From the human T2T-CHM13v2.0 reference genome, Homo sapiens, in assembly GCF_009914755.1 (NCBI RefSeq), contig NC_060925.1: 64,000 bases of DNA. One strand, written 5' to 3'. Shown one piece after another: positions 1 through 13,009 of this stretch. The stretch's first letter is position 1, and every line of letters starts with the position of its first letter. Under the pieces are notes generated by a model. It saw nothing but the letters and a program-made list of their open reading frames with translations, did no database searches and was not told the DNA's origin. The translations under genes and the position numbers were made by a program.

Positions 1-875
1 ATCATTACAATTACTTATATTGTAATTCAAAGTAATTACAATATTGTACTATACAATATTTCCAGTAGTGTAACTCATAACTCAGAGTGTAGAAAGCAAA
101 ATTATATTTTGGGTACTTTACTAAATAACCATAGCTTCTAATTCAACTAGACTGCCCTATTAGAGAAGGGTATAAATATTAAACTCAAAAAATGTTACAG
201 AATTCCAAGCAGAACTCTTGGAAATGGTGATATTAAATCAGAAAAAGTATATGAATTAACTTCTCTACTATTAAATAGTACAGTGCAACTCCAGCATAAG
301 ACCCTGCAGAAGGAGCTTTCTACAGTTGCTGTTGGGCTTCAGACTTTCACTTGATGTTTAATAAACAAAATACAAACATTCCTCCTATTTAACTTCAAAT
401 CAAATTGTTTTGTCTATGCCAGTACTTCACATATTGTAAGCTTGAATATCATGACCTCCCTAAAAATAATTCTCTCTTGCTGAAGATGTGGAAGCTGTCA
501 CAGGAATGCTGGTTGCAACACCTCAAAAGTTGCTTGGTGGTGGCAAAAAGCTACTAGAATAACATTTAACCTCTTTCACATATGGAGCCTCTCTCTCATA
601 TTTTCAGTTCCTTTGTTAAGATTCATTACAAAAGAGAAATTTTATTTTGCGTCTTTGGTGGTGAACCCCTGTGAGAAATAGTAGGACTAGGTTCAGAGAA
701 AAAAAATTTGACAGTCAGTGCTCTTGTCACTTACCTTTCTAGCAGCTGAATTAATTCAAGTTAATGGTCATATTAGTTCTGAAATTATTCTCTAAAATCC
801 AAAGTTTCTTAACACTATTTAACATCAAGTGCTTTCATTTTATAAGAATGAGATATGCTACTTGAAAATACTTAC

Positions 876-1085
876 TCTTTTTCGTACTAGCCAACCACGC
901 ACCAGTGCTTGTAGGATAACTGTAGATTTTTTAAATTCAATATATTTTATCCTTTCATGCTTTCCAGCCTCCCTGGCTCGTATATATTTTTGTATGATCA
1001 AAGCAGCAGATTTCTGCCGAAGAAAGACCTGCCTTCCTTTATATCCTCTATAATGTGCTTGGATCAAACAAGCAGCTCGATGTCT
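876..1085 (-). CDS. ASPM: ASPM exon 21 (210 nt)
   Basis: TAG|AGACAT...AGA|GTAAGT; ORF 858..1067. Confidence 0.95.
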
Positions 1086-1514
1086 CTATAAGGAAAAATT
1101 TACAAGTAACATTAATGGGTAGAAAGAAAAAGATTTCCAACCCACTAGAAGTTCTTGAATTTCTCAATGAGATGGCATAATTATGATTTATAGTCTAAGA
1201 ATGCCATGTTTCATAGATATGAAATGATGATGAAGCATTATTTCTAAACTCACATAGGTCTATAGCCAAGATGAAGGTGTAAGCCAAGGGTCAAGGGTCA
1301 ATAGATACCTGGTGCTCTTTCCCTCTCATCCTCTTGATACTTTTCATTGTGAGAGGGAAAAGGACTAACATTACAGGACAAATACATTTAATAAAAATGC
1401 TAGCTACAATAGAAAGAGCACGGTGATCATAAATAGCTATGACAGAAGCTGTCTGTAGCTTGAAAAAACATAGCATACCACTAGCACACCTTAGATTCCT
1501 CAATTACGTAACAA

Positions 1515-1686
1515 CCTGTGAGAATTACCAAAATGAGACAGAGCCACAAAGTGAGCACATGATGCTGGAAATATGGCACCAACAGACTTGCTCAACACAG
1601 GGTTGACAGAAACCTTTAATTTATAAAAAATGCAATATCTGCAAAGCACCATAAAGCGAAGTACAATAAAACAAGGTATGCCTGTA
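1515..1686. mobile_element. Tigger1 terminal fragment
   Basis: Ends AAGGTATGCCTG-TA; similar to 24235-24400. Confidence 0.75.
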
Positions 1687-1907
1687 CAGTTATATATTTT
1701 TAAAAACTAGCAAATAGTATTTTTATGGGAGAATATAATTTTTAATTGACTGAAATAGATGTGTGTGAAATAAATGCATACTTAGGTCTTAAAAACACTT
1801 TTTTTCCAGCGAAGGATTTATTTTTAAAAATTAAAAAATACAAAACATTCTTTGTTTTCTATTTCCTAAAGTAGTTATTTGCAAGTGAATTAATTTTTAA
1901 TACCTAC

Positions 1908-2004
1908 TTTTATCATTAAGAAGTGTTCATGAGCTATCTTTGCAGGAAGTATAGCTCTCCATTTTCTCTGAATGATAATTGCTGATGCTCTCACATTCAA
2001 AAAC
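1908..2004 (-). CDS. ASPM: ASPM exon 20 (97 nt)
   Basis: TAG|GTTTTTG...AAA|GTAGGT; [32 protein letters not shown]. Confidence 0.94.
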
Positions 2005-2769
2005 CTAAAAAGTAGTTATTGGAAAGCAATGTCAAATTACTTTAACTTATTCAATGAGTATTTATTGCCTCCCCCCCTTTAAAATATTAGAAGAGAATAA
2101 AATATAAGAAAGGCAATGACAGAATTTTAAAAAGTGGGCAAGTATAATTCATAGTTAAGTTCTAACAATCAGAATTTACACACGCACACGAAAGAAGTTT
2201 TACAATTGGCAATATTCCAGTGGGTAAGAAATATGAAGTTCTACGATTCTAATATGGCACAGAATTTTGAACAGGATCAAAATAAAGTATGGTTACCCAG
2301 ATCTAGACAAAAACTAGATAAAGGGGGAATGGTAGAAATAATGGTAAAATATAAGATTTGAGTCTGCATGGCAAGTGAGTCTTTGAGCAGACGGGAGGTG
2401 GTTAAGAAGAGAATGTGATTACAAGCAGCATCAGGTACTTCCTTTCATTTGAAAGGAAAAATAGATATCATCAAAATATCTAAGTAGAGATATTTCGTAA
2501 ACAGAACTGGAGAAAAATTTTAAAAAATCTGAGCACTAGAGATTAAATTTTAGGGATCAACATAATACTAAGAGATAAAATGTGAGAATGGACAGGTTTT
2601 CTACTCTGTTCTTGATAATGTGGAAAAAGTACAATGAGTAGCTTGTTTTGTTGCCATGTTTCTTAGAAAATAGGACCAAACACCATTGAGAAAAATTCAG
2701 CATCTGTTACAGGAAAATTAGATACTGGTCCTTAATAGCTGATAGTAGCAACTGTATCTTTATATGCTT

Positions 2770-3125
2770 TTTAATTTTTATTTTTATGGATATATAATAG
2801 TTGTAAATATTTACAGAGTACATGTGATATTTTGATTCAAGCACACAATGAGTAATGATCAAATCAGGGTAAATGGGATATCCATCACCTCGAACATTTA
2901 TCATTTCCTTCTATTAGGAAACTTCTAATTCTATTCCTCTAGTTATTTTGAAATATACAATAAATTATTGTTAACTATAGTTGCCCTATTGTGCTACTAA
3001 ACAGTAAATCTTATTCCTTCTCACTGTATTTTTGTACCCATTAACCAGCCTGTCGTTATCCACCCCTCCCCTCTCCCTATCCTAGCCTCTGGTAACCAAC
3101 ATTCTACTTCTATCTTCATGCGATC
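2770..3125 (-). mobile_element. L1MA-type 3' end fragment
   Basis: Characteristic antisense L1M 3'-UTR sequence. Confidence 0.75.
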
Positions 3126-3821
3126 AACTGTATATGTTAAGCCCTGCTTCTACCCATGGGCTTCATCCAAAAATTCCTCTCACACTAGTGTGCCTTCCTA
3201 AACCATCTTTAAAACCATCATTGATTCAATAATTCATCAACTCTGGGAGCTGAAGAAAAATTCTTATACTATGAACTTAAAAAAAGATGATCTGGTAACA
3301 GCTTCTGAAAATGTGTGTGTGAGAAATAAGCTAGGAATAGTGAAATACAATTAGCATAGACAGGTTGGTAATTAGGGTCTTCATCATTAATGACAAAGAG
3401 TATGAGGAATAATACAAAGTTCAAAGAAAAAAAGAATGAGTAAGAAAACAAATTTTGCCAGTAGTTAAGTCACCCAGCAAAATGGCCCAAAGCACTAATA
3501 AGAAAACCAAGTCTTAACTAAATGATTTTATTCACTTCCTACGTCTCTGTCCTTACTCTAATCCTTATGAACCTGAATTAATCAAGTATATAATATTTTT
3601 AGATTATATTAATTAAAGGCTATGCTCTATCTCAAAAAAGCAAGACAGTACGAGAGATGTATTTTGTTTCCTTAATAAAGAAAATATCAACAAAACCAAC
3701 CATATAAATTAAGCATAACAAATATTTAAAATAAAAATCAATAAGCAGTGTTATTTTATGTAAAGACTTAGCTATCACACACAAATACTTTTACACTCTC
3801 CACAGAACTATGATACATTAC

Positions 3822-3988
3822 CGTGTTCTCTCTAGTTTGGTATAGAAGCAACCTTGAATAATTTTAACAGCTTTTAATATAGCTAGATATTCTTTGTGTG
3901 CTCTCCAACATCTATACCAGGCTTGAATCTTGCAGGCAGCTTTCACTTTACATAAATATTTCTTGGCTCTATATCTCCTCCACATAGC
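3822..3988 (-). CDS. ASPM: ASPM exon 19 (167 nt)
   Basis: TAG|GCTATG...ACG|GTAATG; [26 protein letters not shown]. Confidence 0.95.
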
Positions 3989-4827
3989 CTATTAAATACA
4001 TAAATATAACAAGTATGCAATGAGTTGTCTCTTTTTTTTTGTAAATAAGACAAATCAGTATAAAGACAGTTAAAATAAGGTTAGTGCAGACAAAAATAAA
4101 TTGCATAGTCATATCATGACTCTTTTAGACTTTGACATGTAATGAGTCTTCTGAGAACAGTGGTGCTTACTATAGTGAACACGTATTATGTGCTTTATCA
4201 CACATACCTTATGGCTGGCTGCCAGCCCAGCCTAACAAAACCCTAACCAGTATTTATAAATTGTAAGACACACATGTCTGAAAAGCCCCACATTATGTAA
4301 ATTATCCTCATCACCTCAATCCATTTGGAAGAAAAGAAAATGAACACATTGACCTACTGCAGGTTCTGGGGAGAAAGAGGAATTCTTCCCAATCCATATT
4401 CACTTTGGGTTCTGTGTTCAGCCTGCAGGAGAATCCTGAGAGCTCCTGTGATAGGACTGTCAGACTTTCTGATTTTGACAACCTTCTGGAAGACTAAAGG
4501 TTTACATGACAGCTACAACTTATTGAACTAAGCACTAAGAAGATTAGTCCTTAATAATCACATGGGTAGATAATACTATTATCTCTAATTTAGAGATGAG
4601 GAAATCAAGGCCTAGAGAAATTGAGTAACTTGTTGATGTCACACAGGTTAATAAGTGGCAGAGTTGTCTTACTTAATATTTATAAATATCTTATAAAATG
4701 GTTAAGATCTCTGTTTTATAAAAAAGGAAAAAAATCCAAAATTGAAATTAAGAAGGACTTGTTAGCATATAGCTGTTAAGTGACAGAGTCAAGATTTGAA
4801 CCCAAGTCTATTTGACTCCAACATCCC

Positions 4828-5318
4828 TACAGGAAGAGGAATTAAAAGAAATTAAAGACTGTGTAAGCAAAAACTCAGTTGTATGTAAGAAAACCCAATT
4901 CCCCTTGGGAAGAGAAAGGGCTGGAGTCCTTTAAAATTAACTGTGTTTTTCTCTCTGTGGCTAGTGAGCCTTATCTCTCCCTTTCCCAGGCATTGTGAAG
5001 ACTGTTTCTCTAGCTGTGCAGCTGCAAGGACACTAGACAGATAATCTCAAGTTGTAAAACATGTTGTTCCTTAAAAAGTAAGAAATAATGTAATGCATCT
5101 CTTACTTGAATAACTGTCTTTGTTTCTCTCTTCTGTAATACGCTTCCCCCTGCACAGATCTCCCCATGCCCCACGAAATGCTTAAAAGGTAGCTTGACTC
5201 TTTGTTCAGGGCTCAGTCCTCTTTGGATGTTAATCCGACTGGGTCGGTGCACATAAATAATTAAATAATTCCTCCTCAAATCCCTCGGTCTCTCTGATTC
5301 CTTAATTATCCCGCAGCA
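4828..5318 (+). mobile_element. ERV1-class solo LTR next to a MIR (about 4545-4825)
   Basis: LTR-like composition ending ...CCGCAGCA; subfamily not assigned. Confidence 0.6.
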
Positions 5319-5476
5319 CAACAAATACTATAGGCACAACGTATATTTAGATTAGGTTCTAAATTCAGTTGATAATGCAATAATTATATATGGCCAAAAT
5401 TACTCTGAGATGACCTTAACTCATTCAGACTATATTGTATACGGTTTTTATGTAAATCTGCATACATTATTTATGT

Positions 5477-5779
5477 ATATCCCCAATACCTGCCACCTCA
5501 GTCTTAATCAGTGGTAGAAGAATGGTCTCAGAACTGTTTGTTTCAATTGGCCATTTAACTGTAACAGTAAAAGACTGGTTAATGGTAACACTGCATCATA
5601 AAACCTTCAGGAGGAAAGGAGAATGTTTTGTGGACCATTTTGGTGTTTTTGTTTTTGTTTTGCTTGTGGCAGTTATAAGTTACTAGTTTTTAAAATCAGT
5701 ACTTTTTAATGAAAACAAATTGACCGAAAATCTGTCACAGAATTTTGAGACCCATTAAAACAAAGTTTTAATGAGAAAA
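5477..5779 (+). pseudogene. EEF1A1P: EEF1A1 3'-UTR-only retrocopy fragment
   Basis: Matches the recalled EEF1A1 3' UTR (TAATCAGTGGT..GGTCTCAGAACTGTTTGTTTCAATTGGCCATTTAA...TTTTGAGACCCATTAAAA); followed by (TA)n/(CA)n. Confidence 0.85.
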
Positions 5780-6077
5780 TTATATATATGTATAGATATA
5801 CGTGTGTGTATATATATATTTACAAATATATATATATATACACACACACACATCACACCTGAAGAACATCAAAATTTACAGACATTGACAAGAGAAGCCA
5901 ACATAGCGTTAAGAGGGAAAGAAGACAGCTAAGAGATTATGGTATCAAGAAACCAAGGGTTGAGAGAAGAAACAAAGTGTGCTTAAATCCCAAATGCTAC
6001 AGAGAAGTTGATATATATATATATATAAAACATACATATTTACATATATATGTAAGTATTTAGTAATGTATACTATA

Positions 6078-6240
6078 TCCCAGTGGCTCCCAAACTTCGC
6101 TGCTCATTAGAGTCACCTGGGAGCTTTGAAACAAATCCCACGCTTGTGTTGCTTCCCATACCAATTAGAATATCTAAAGGTAGGAGTATGTTTTAAAATT
6201 CCAGGTGACTCCAATATGCAGTAAAGTTTTAGACCACTGG
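6078..6240. mobile_element. MER5A-like hAT MITE
   Basis: CAGTGGCTCCCAAACTT...AAGTTTTAGACCACTG terminal inverted repeats. Confidence 0.75.
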
Positions 6241-6339
6241 CATAGGCTAAAAATTATATGTGTAAAATACAATTTTATTATGTAATTATGTAAGAGAAAA
6301 AAATTTTTATAAGATTGTTATTTTGGCTATTTAATCATT

Positions 6340-7540
6340 TTAAGTGAATAAAACCATAACTAATACATCCAATGAACACCTTTCAATTGTGAACTTCTCA
6401 GTAGTGTTAGGAATTTGATACCATAATCTCTTACCTTTCTTCTTTCCCTCTTAACACCTTGGTTTCTTGATACCATTAATCTCTTACCTTTCTTCTTTCC
6501 CTCTTAACACCTTGTTGGCTTCTCTTGTCAATGTCTGTGAATTTTGATGTTCTTCAGGGCTCAAGTCCCAGGCCCTCTTTGTTCACTCATTTTATGTATT
6601 GTTCCTTGGTGATCTCATTATTCCCAGAACTTTAATTATTAGCATATGCCCATAATGTACAAATCAAATTCTAATACTCACACTACTCTCCTGAACTCCA
6701 GACAAACATAGTCAACTGCCTTACTAGATATTTCAAGGGGGTTACCTGCTAGGTACTTCAGATCTTATATACTCCAAACTGAATTCATCATCAATCTCAA
6801 AACCTGCTCTTCCCTCTTTATTCCCTATGTCAGGGTGTGAGGGAGTAACTCTGCTGAGTTACTTAAGCCATCAACATGGCTTGCCTCCTTGTTCATGCTC
6901 TATATAATGCCAACTTACAATCCCATTGTCACAAACCTACACTGAACTATAACTCTTTCTCACCTGGCTTACTGCCTATTTTCATTTGGTCTACCTGATT
7001 CTAGTCTTGCTCCTTTTCCAGTCCATCTTCCACATTCCTGCCAGAGTAATTTTTTTTTTTTTTTTAATAAAAATGACTGTGGTCTTCTCCTGCTTAAACT
7101 CCTCTAGAATTTGTTTTGTCTGGAGCATAAAGACTAAATTTTTTCTGTCTTAAAAATCTATCCACAATCTTACTCCCTCTATTGCCAACCTGGTCCCATA
7201 TCACTTTTTATTGTTTCTAGTTTTTTGATTTTTCCACGTTATCTCTTGCAATTGGAATATTCTTCTATACCTTTTACTGGGCTATTTCTAATTCATACTT
7301 CAGTGTAACATTTCAACTTAAATGTTACTCACTCTGGGAAGTCTCTGACCATGGAGACTAGCTTGATTTCCCATTCTGTGTTTCCTGAAACATACACTTC
7401 TCATGTTGTATTATAATTATACTTCCTTGTTCAATTAAGTTCCTTGAGGACAGCAACTAAGTATATCTTACTCATTGTCTATTTATAACACCCACTACAG
7501 CATTTGGCACATTTCTAGCACTTGACATTTCTTGAATTAA
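6340..7540 (+). mobile_element. L2 relic
   Basis: Pyrimidine-rich L2 3'-region motifs (ctctcctgaactccagac...). Confidence 0.6.
6415..6514. repeat. Two-copy tandem duplication, 52-bp period
   Basis: TTGATACCAT(T)AATCTCTTACCTTTCTTCTTTCCCTCTTAACACCTTG repeated. Confidence 0.9.
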
Positions 7541-8254
7541 AACATTATTTCTAAATTTAACAGTAATCCAGTAAGATATGAACATATCACATCTGGGTTA
7601 AAGCCTGGGTTATTGCAGGTAAAAAGAAATAGCTGAAGTACTTAGATTCAGTTCCTGGATCTGCCTCTCTCTATGCAACATTGGCCAAATTACTTAAACT
7701 TTATCACTTCCTTCATATTTTAAAAGAGATAATACTGTACATTCCTCACACATTTGGCAAATAGACAAAACAAAATAATACAAAATTGATTTGGAAGCCA
7801 AAGTACTAAACACTCAGAATAAAGTATGTCTACTAGCCTAAGCAGCAAACAGCTCTGGTTAATAGATTATTAGAGGAACAAAGTTACTCTATTTTGCCTA
7901 TATTATGCCAAATAATACTTTATCTTAGCTTATATTTTCCACTTAAAGAAATAACTTTGCCAAATACAGGACTCCTATTTTCTCAAAATTCTTCTAAGAG
8001 TGCTACAATTAACCCATACTGAAATGCACCACACATAGGGTGACCATGGCCAGAACAATCCCCGTTCTGTGCTGTCTTGGCTGACTTACTAGTGCCCTTT
8101 CCCTCTTTCAAAAATGTTCCACTTTGGAAGATAAATGGTCACCTCAACTAAGTACTATTCTTTATGACCTGCTTAAGCTCATTTTATACATTCTAACAAA
8201 TATTGGTCAAAAGAAAGACTCACAGTTTTATATTTAAATTAAATATAGAAATAC

Positions 8255-11200
8255 CTGAATTTTTATGGTGCTATTTTTAATTTCCTGAAACTTCCGTTTC
8301 TGTATAAATCCTTTACTTCTAGCTTGAATAATGATAACACTGCTTCTGATCTGTAAATAGACTTGTCTTTGATGTTTTGCAGACAGAAATGCTCTGTAGT
8401 GATTTTGTAAAACCACTGCTGCTTTTCTATATAGTAAAAACTGTTTTCTGGTTTGCCACGTCCTAAAATAATGCTGTAAAGTGATAGCAGCTCTTTTCTG
8501 CTGAACAAATCTTCTCCGATACACAGCCATCTGAAGGAAGAACTGAATCCGTAGGGCAGCACATTTCTGTGTTTCCAGTTTTCTTGTGACCATTCTACAA
8601 AAAGCTTTTTGAATTGTTACTGCAGCCCTACTTTGAGAATGATACTCTGCTTCCTGTGAACAAGCAAGGCCAGAAGCTTTATACCACTCTTGAATCATAA
8701 CACCTTCACTTTGAACAGCTTCATACTGAGTTTTACTTCTGTAACAGCAGAGTGCAGATTGGTTAACAATGGCTGCCATCTTTTCCTCTGATACATTTTT
8801 CAATTTTTGTCTAACTTTCATGCCTCTAAAAGCAGCCTGAATAGTTCGTACAGATTTCTGAACTGCTAAAAAGTTTTTTCTTTCTGTTTTTACTCTAACA
8901 TACAACCTATAATAATTCTGTATAACCACAATTGCAGTTTTCTTTGTTTCATAATCAACTTTGGCCCTGTGCATTCGATAGAATGACTGAATTAGTGTGG
9001 CAGCCCGGTGCATATTTTGAATATCCTTTCGTACTTTAAAGCCTCTGTAATAAGACTGTATACAAATAACTGCTTGGGTACGCACTGCAGTTAGTTTTCT
9101 GTATCTTCTTTGAATAGAAACTACTGTTGCTCTAAGGTGGAGATAATGCTTCCTTATTTTAAAGGCTTTACAATGCTTCTGAATAATAATGGCAGCCTGG
9201 TGCTGTTCCTGAATCTGTTTTTTTATGTTCATGTCCTGAAAACCTGCCTGAACACAAGTCTCTTTCTTAAGTTCATTGTGTTGAAATACTTTCTGTTTCT
9301 TTTTATTTGCTCTATATTTTTCTTGTATGATTTTTGTAGCCCACTGAAGCTTTTGGTAGAAACAATACTGCCTATACATTCTGTAGGTGCTTTGTATTAC
9401 GATAGAAGCTTTGTGTTTTTCCCTTAAAAGTTGTCTTGCTTTCATTCCTTTATATGCAGCCTGAATAACCACAGCAGAATGCCATTGTCTGATATAATTT
9501 TCTCTTTGTAATTTTGCAGCTCTATATGTTCGATAATGTTGCTGAATTAGAATTGAAGCATGTTTCCAAGTCTGAAATGTAATATATGTTCTGTGCATCC
9601 TGAAAGTAGCCTGAATGAGAACTGCAGCCCTTTGCATTTCTTGTAACTTCTTCTTTACCATCAGTCTTCTGTAAGATGACTGTATTGTAATGGCTGCCTT
9701 TCTTAAGTGCAAGAATTGGTACAATTTATGTTTGGCACAAATGGTGGCTCGATATTTCCTCTGAACAAAAATAGTAGCTTTTTTGAGGGAAATGAATCTT
9801 CTCCTCACCAGTAATGATCTAAACCTACTCTGAATAAGGGTTGCAGAGGAATGCATACTCTTCAAATGTCTTCTAGTTTTCATACCCCTGAATGCAGCCT
9901 GAAGGATCACAGCAGAGTGTCTTTGTCTGAGATAATGCTGCCTCTGCAGTTTTGCAGCTCTATTTGCTTGGTATTGCTGTTGGATCACAACGGAGGCCTG
10001 TTTCAAAGCCTGATATCTCATATGTAATCTGTGCATTCTGAAAGTAGACTGGATGAAAGTAGCAGCCCTGTGCATCTCTCGCATCCTTTTCCTTATCATC
10101 CATCTTCTGTATGATGACTGGATTTTAATAACTGCATTTTGTACCTGAAGGAACTGTAAGTGATGCTTTGTACAAAGATGTGCCCGATATTTTCTCTGAA
10201 TCAAAATAGCAGTTTTCTTGAGAGAGAGGAATCTTCTTCTCATCATTAGAGTTCTAAATCTCCTCTGAATGAGAGTTGCGGCTATATGCATCATTTTTAA
10301 ATGTCTTCTAGCTTTCTTTCCCCTAAAAATAGCCTGAATGTATATTACAGAATGCCTCAGTTTGTTATACCTTTGAAATTGTATGTTTCTTTCTTTCATT
10401 GCCCAGTATCTTTGCTGTACTGTTTTTGTTATTTTCTTTAACTTATTAAAGTATGTTTGCTGTCTGTATCTTCTGTAGTTTGACTGAATGAGTGTTGCTG
10501 CAGTCTGCATCTTTCTAAGAGTCCGTCTAACTCTTACTCCTCTAAAACTTGCCTGAAGGACTTTAACAGCTTTCAAAATTGTCAGGTACTTTTCACGCTG
10601 CATTTTACCTTGATAATATGCTCTACATCTTACTTGAATAACAATAGCTGCTTTTCTCATTGTATGGTAACTTATTCTTGACTGATGCATTTTAAACATG
10701 GCTTTAATAAAAGTGGCTGCCCTGTGCATGTGTTGAATATGTCTTCTAACTCTAATACCTCTATAAACAGATTGGATTTTAATTGCTGTCTTCTTCAAAT
10801 TAAGATACTCCTTATGCTGATGGTTTGTAATTTTAATACCTCGATACCATCTCTGAATTATAATAGCTGAAGCTCTATAGGTTGCATATTTCTTTTTGGT
10901 TTTGTAAGCTCTGTATTTAGACTGTATAGTGACTGCTGCTTTGTTGCAATCCTTTATTCTTTTTCTCACTTTCATACCACGATAAGCTGACTGTAAAGTT
11001 ACTACAGCTGCTTTTGTTTTCAAATATAAATGATTCTGTTCTCTTCCAATACTGTAAGCCCTATAATACTTTTGAATCAGAAGAGCAGCTTTTTTCATGA
11101 TTTTCCACTTCTTTTGTTGCACATGCATTCTATAGTATGACTGTATGATGATAGCACATTTATGTTGCCTTTGAAGCTGTCTTCTCAGTGTTTTTCCCTT

Positions 11201-13009
11201 CCACATAGATTGAAGCACCAGTACCGCATGACGGAGTTCAATATACTCCATACATTGCTTCCTTCCTGCAGTCCATGCTCTGAAATTTTGCTGGATGACT
11301 AATGCTGCTGTTTTAAACAATCTAAACTGTTTCTGGGCCTTGGCCATTCTAAAAGCAGACTGAATCTTCAAGGCAGCTTGATGTTCCCTTCTAATCTGTT
11401 TCCGAACCTTCCAGCCACGATAAGCAGACTGGAGGGAAATCACAGCTGCCTTTGTCTTCAAAAAATGTGTTCTTGTATCATGAAGAGTCTTGTACGCCCT
11501 GTACCATCTCTGAATCTTTATTATAGATTGAAGCACAGATTGATATTTTACCCTTTTATTATAGCCTCTAAAAGCAGACTGAATTTTAAGAGCAGCTATA
11601 GATTGTTGTTTGATTAGCTGGCGTACTTTATAACCTCTGTAAGCTGCTTGCAAGCAAGTAGCTGCTTTTTTGACTTGCAAGAAGTTCTTCCTCTGATTGA
11701 CCTGTGCTTTGTATGCATGATAGTAATTCTGAATGACAATAATTGCTTTATACATTTTCAGATAATACTGCCGAGCCTTTCTCATTCTGAAATAAGACTG
11801 TAGTGAAATAACAGCTTTTCTTTGTAACCTCATCTGCTTTCGGACAAGGTATCCTCTAACAAATGCTTGCAGTTTGATACAAGATTCCCGCATCTGCATA
11901 TACTCTTCTCTCTTTTGTGCAGCTATTTTTTTGGAACGGTAACATTGCTGGATAAATAGTGCAGCTGCTCTTAAATGCAAATATTGTTTACGTGTTTGTT
12001 TCATCTTAACAGTTGACTGCAATTTTATTGTAGCATTTTTTAGGCTCAAAAATTCCTTTTTAGAAACATAAGCACGATAATATGATTGAATCTTTATAAC
12101 AGATGTGAGGATGTGAATATACATTTTCCTGGCTTGCATCCCTCTATATGCAGACTGCAGCACAATGACAGCAGAGCGTGTTTTCTGGTAAGATGCTAGA
12201 ACTTTCATGGCAAAAATATAAGCTCGGAAATGAGTCTGAATTATAACAGCTGCTTTCTTCATCTTCTTATATTTCTGTCGTTGTTGATGTTTTCTTACAT
12301 GTGCCTGAAATTTGATAATAGTCTTCTTAAGGTTTAAAAATCGAACTCTGTCTTGTCTCATTCTCCAGTATGACTGAATAACACAAGCAGCTCTAATTTG
12401 TCTACATAAATTATGAGCTTTCAGTCTCCTAAAAGCAGCTTGTAATTGAATGGCTGCAGCTCGTTTCTGCAAATAGTTGGTGCGCTCAATCTTTCCTTTC
12501 AGATATGCTTTGTAGTACTTCTGGATGGTTAGTATGGACTCTTTTCTTCTTTTATATAACTTTTGGGCTTGAAAGCACCGAAATCTTTTCTGAATGATAA
12601 CAACACAAGATCTAATATAAATATATTTCCGTAATTCTTTATGCATTCTATACCATGATTGTATGATAATAGCAGAATTTTCTTCTTTAGCTTGTTTTCT
12701 TAAATGCCATTCTCTAAAAGCTCTTTGCAATATTACTGTAGCTTTTACTTGTGATTGCATTTTACGTTGCTTCCATTTTCTGAACATAGATTGGATTATA
12801 AGAGTTGATGATTTTAGCATTTCATATCTTTGTTGATCTTGTTTTCTTCTTAAATAAGCACGCCAATGCCTCTGAATTGTAACTGTAGCCCAAAGATATC
12901 GTTTATAAGATGTAACAGCAATTATCATTCTTATCCTAGATTGCAGGATGATTGAATAATATTTCAATTTCAGAAATCTTTGTCTAGTGGAATATCTTCT
13001 CCAATATCC
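8255..13009 (-). CDS. ASPM: ASPM exon 18 (4,755 nt; IQ-motif array)
   Basis: CAG|GGATAT...CAG|GTATTT; 1,585 codons with dozens of IQxxxRGxxxR-like motifs; ORF 8234..13048. Confidence 0.99.

Noticed and set aside
8263-11617. Alternative-frame and antisense ORFs within exon 18 (and 49935..50701 against exon 3)
   Set aside because: Short shadow ORFs of a coding exon with no recognisable protein features.
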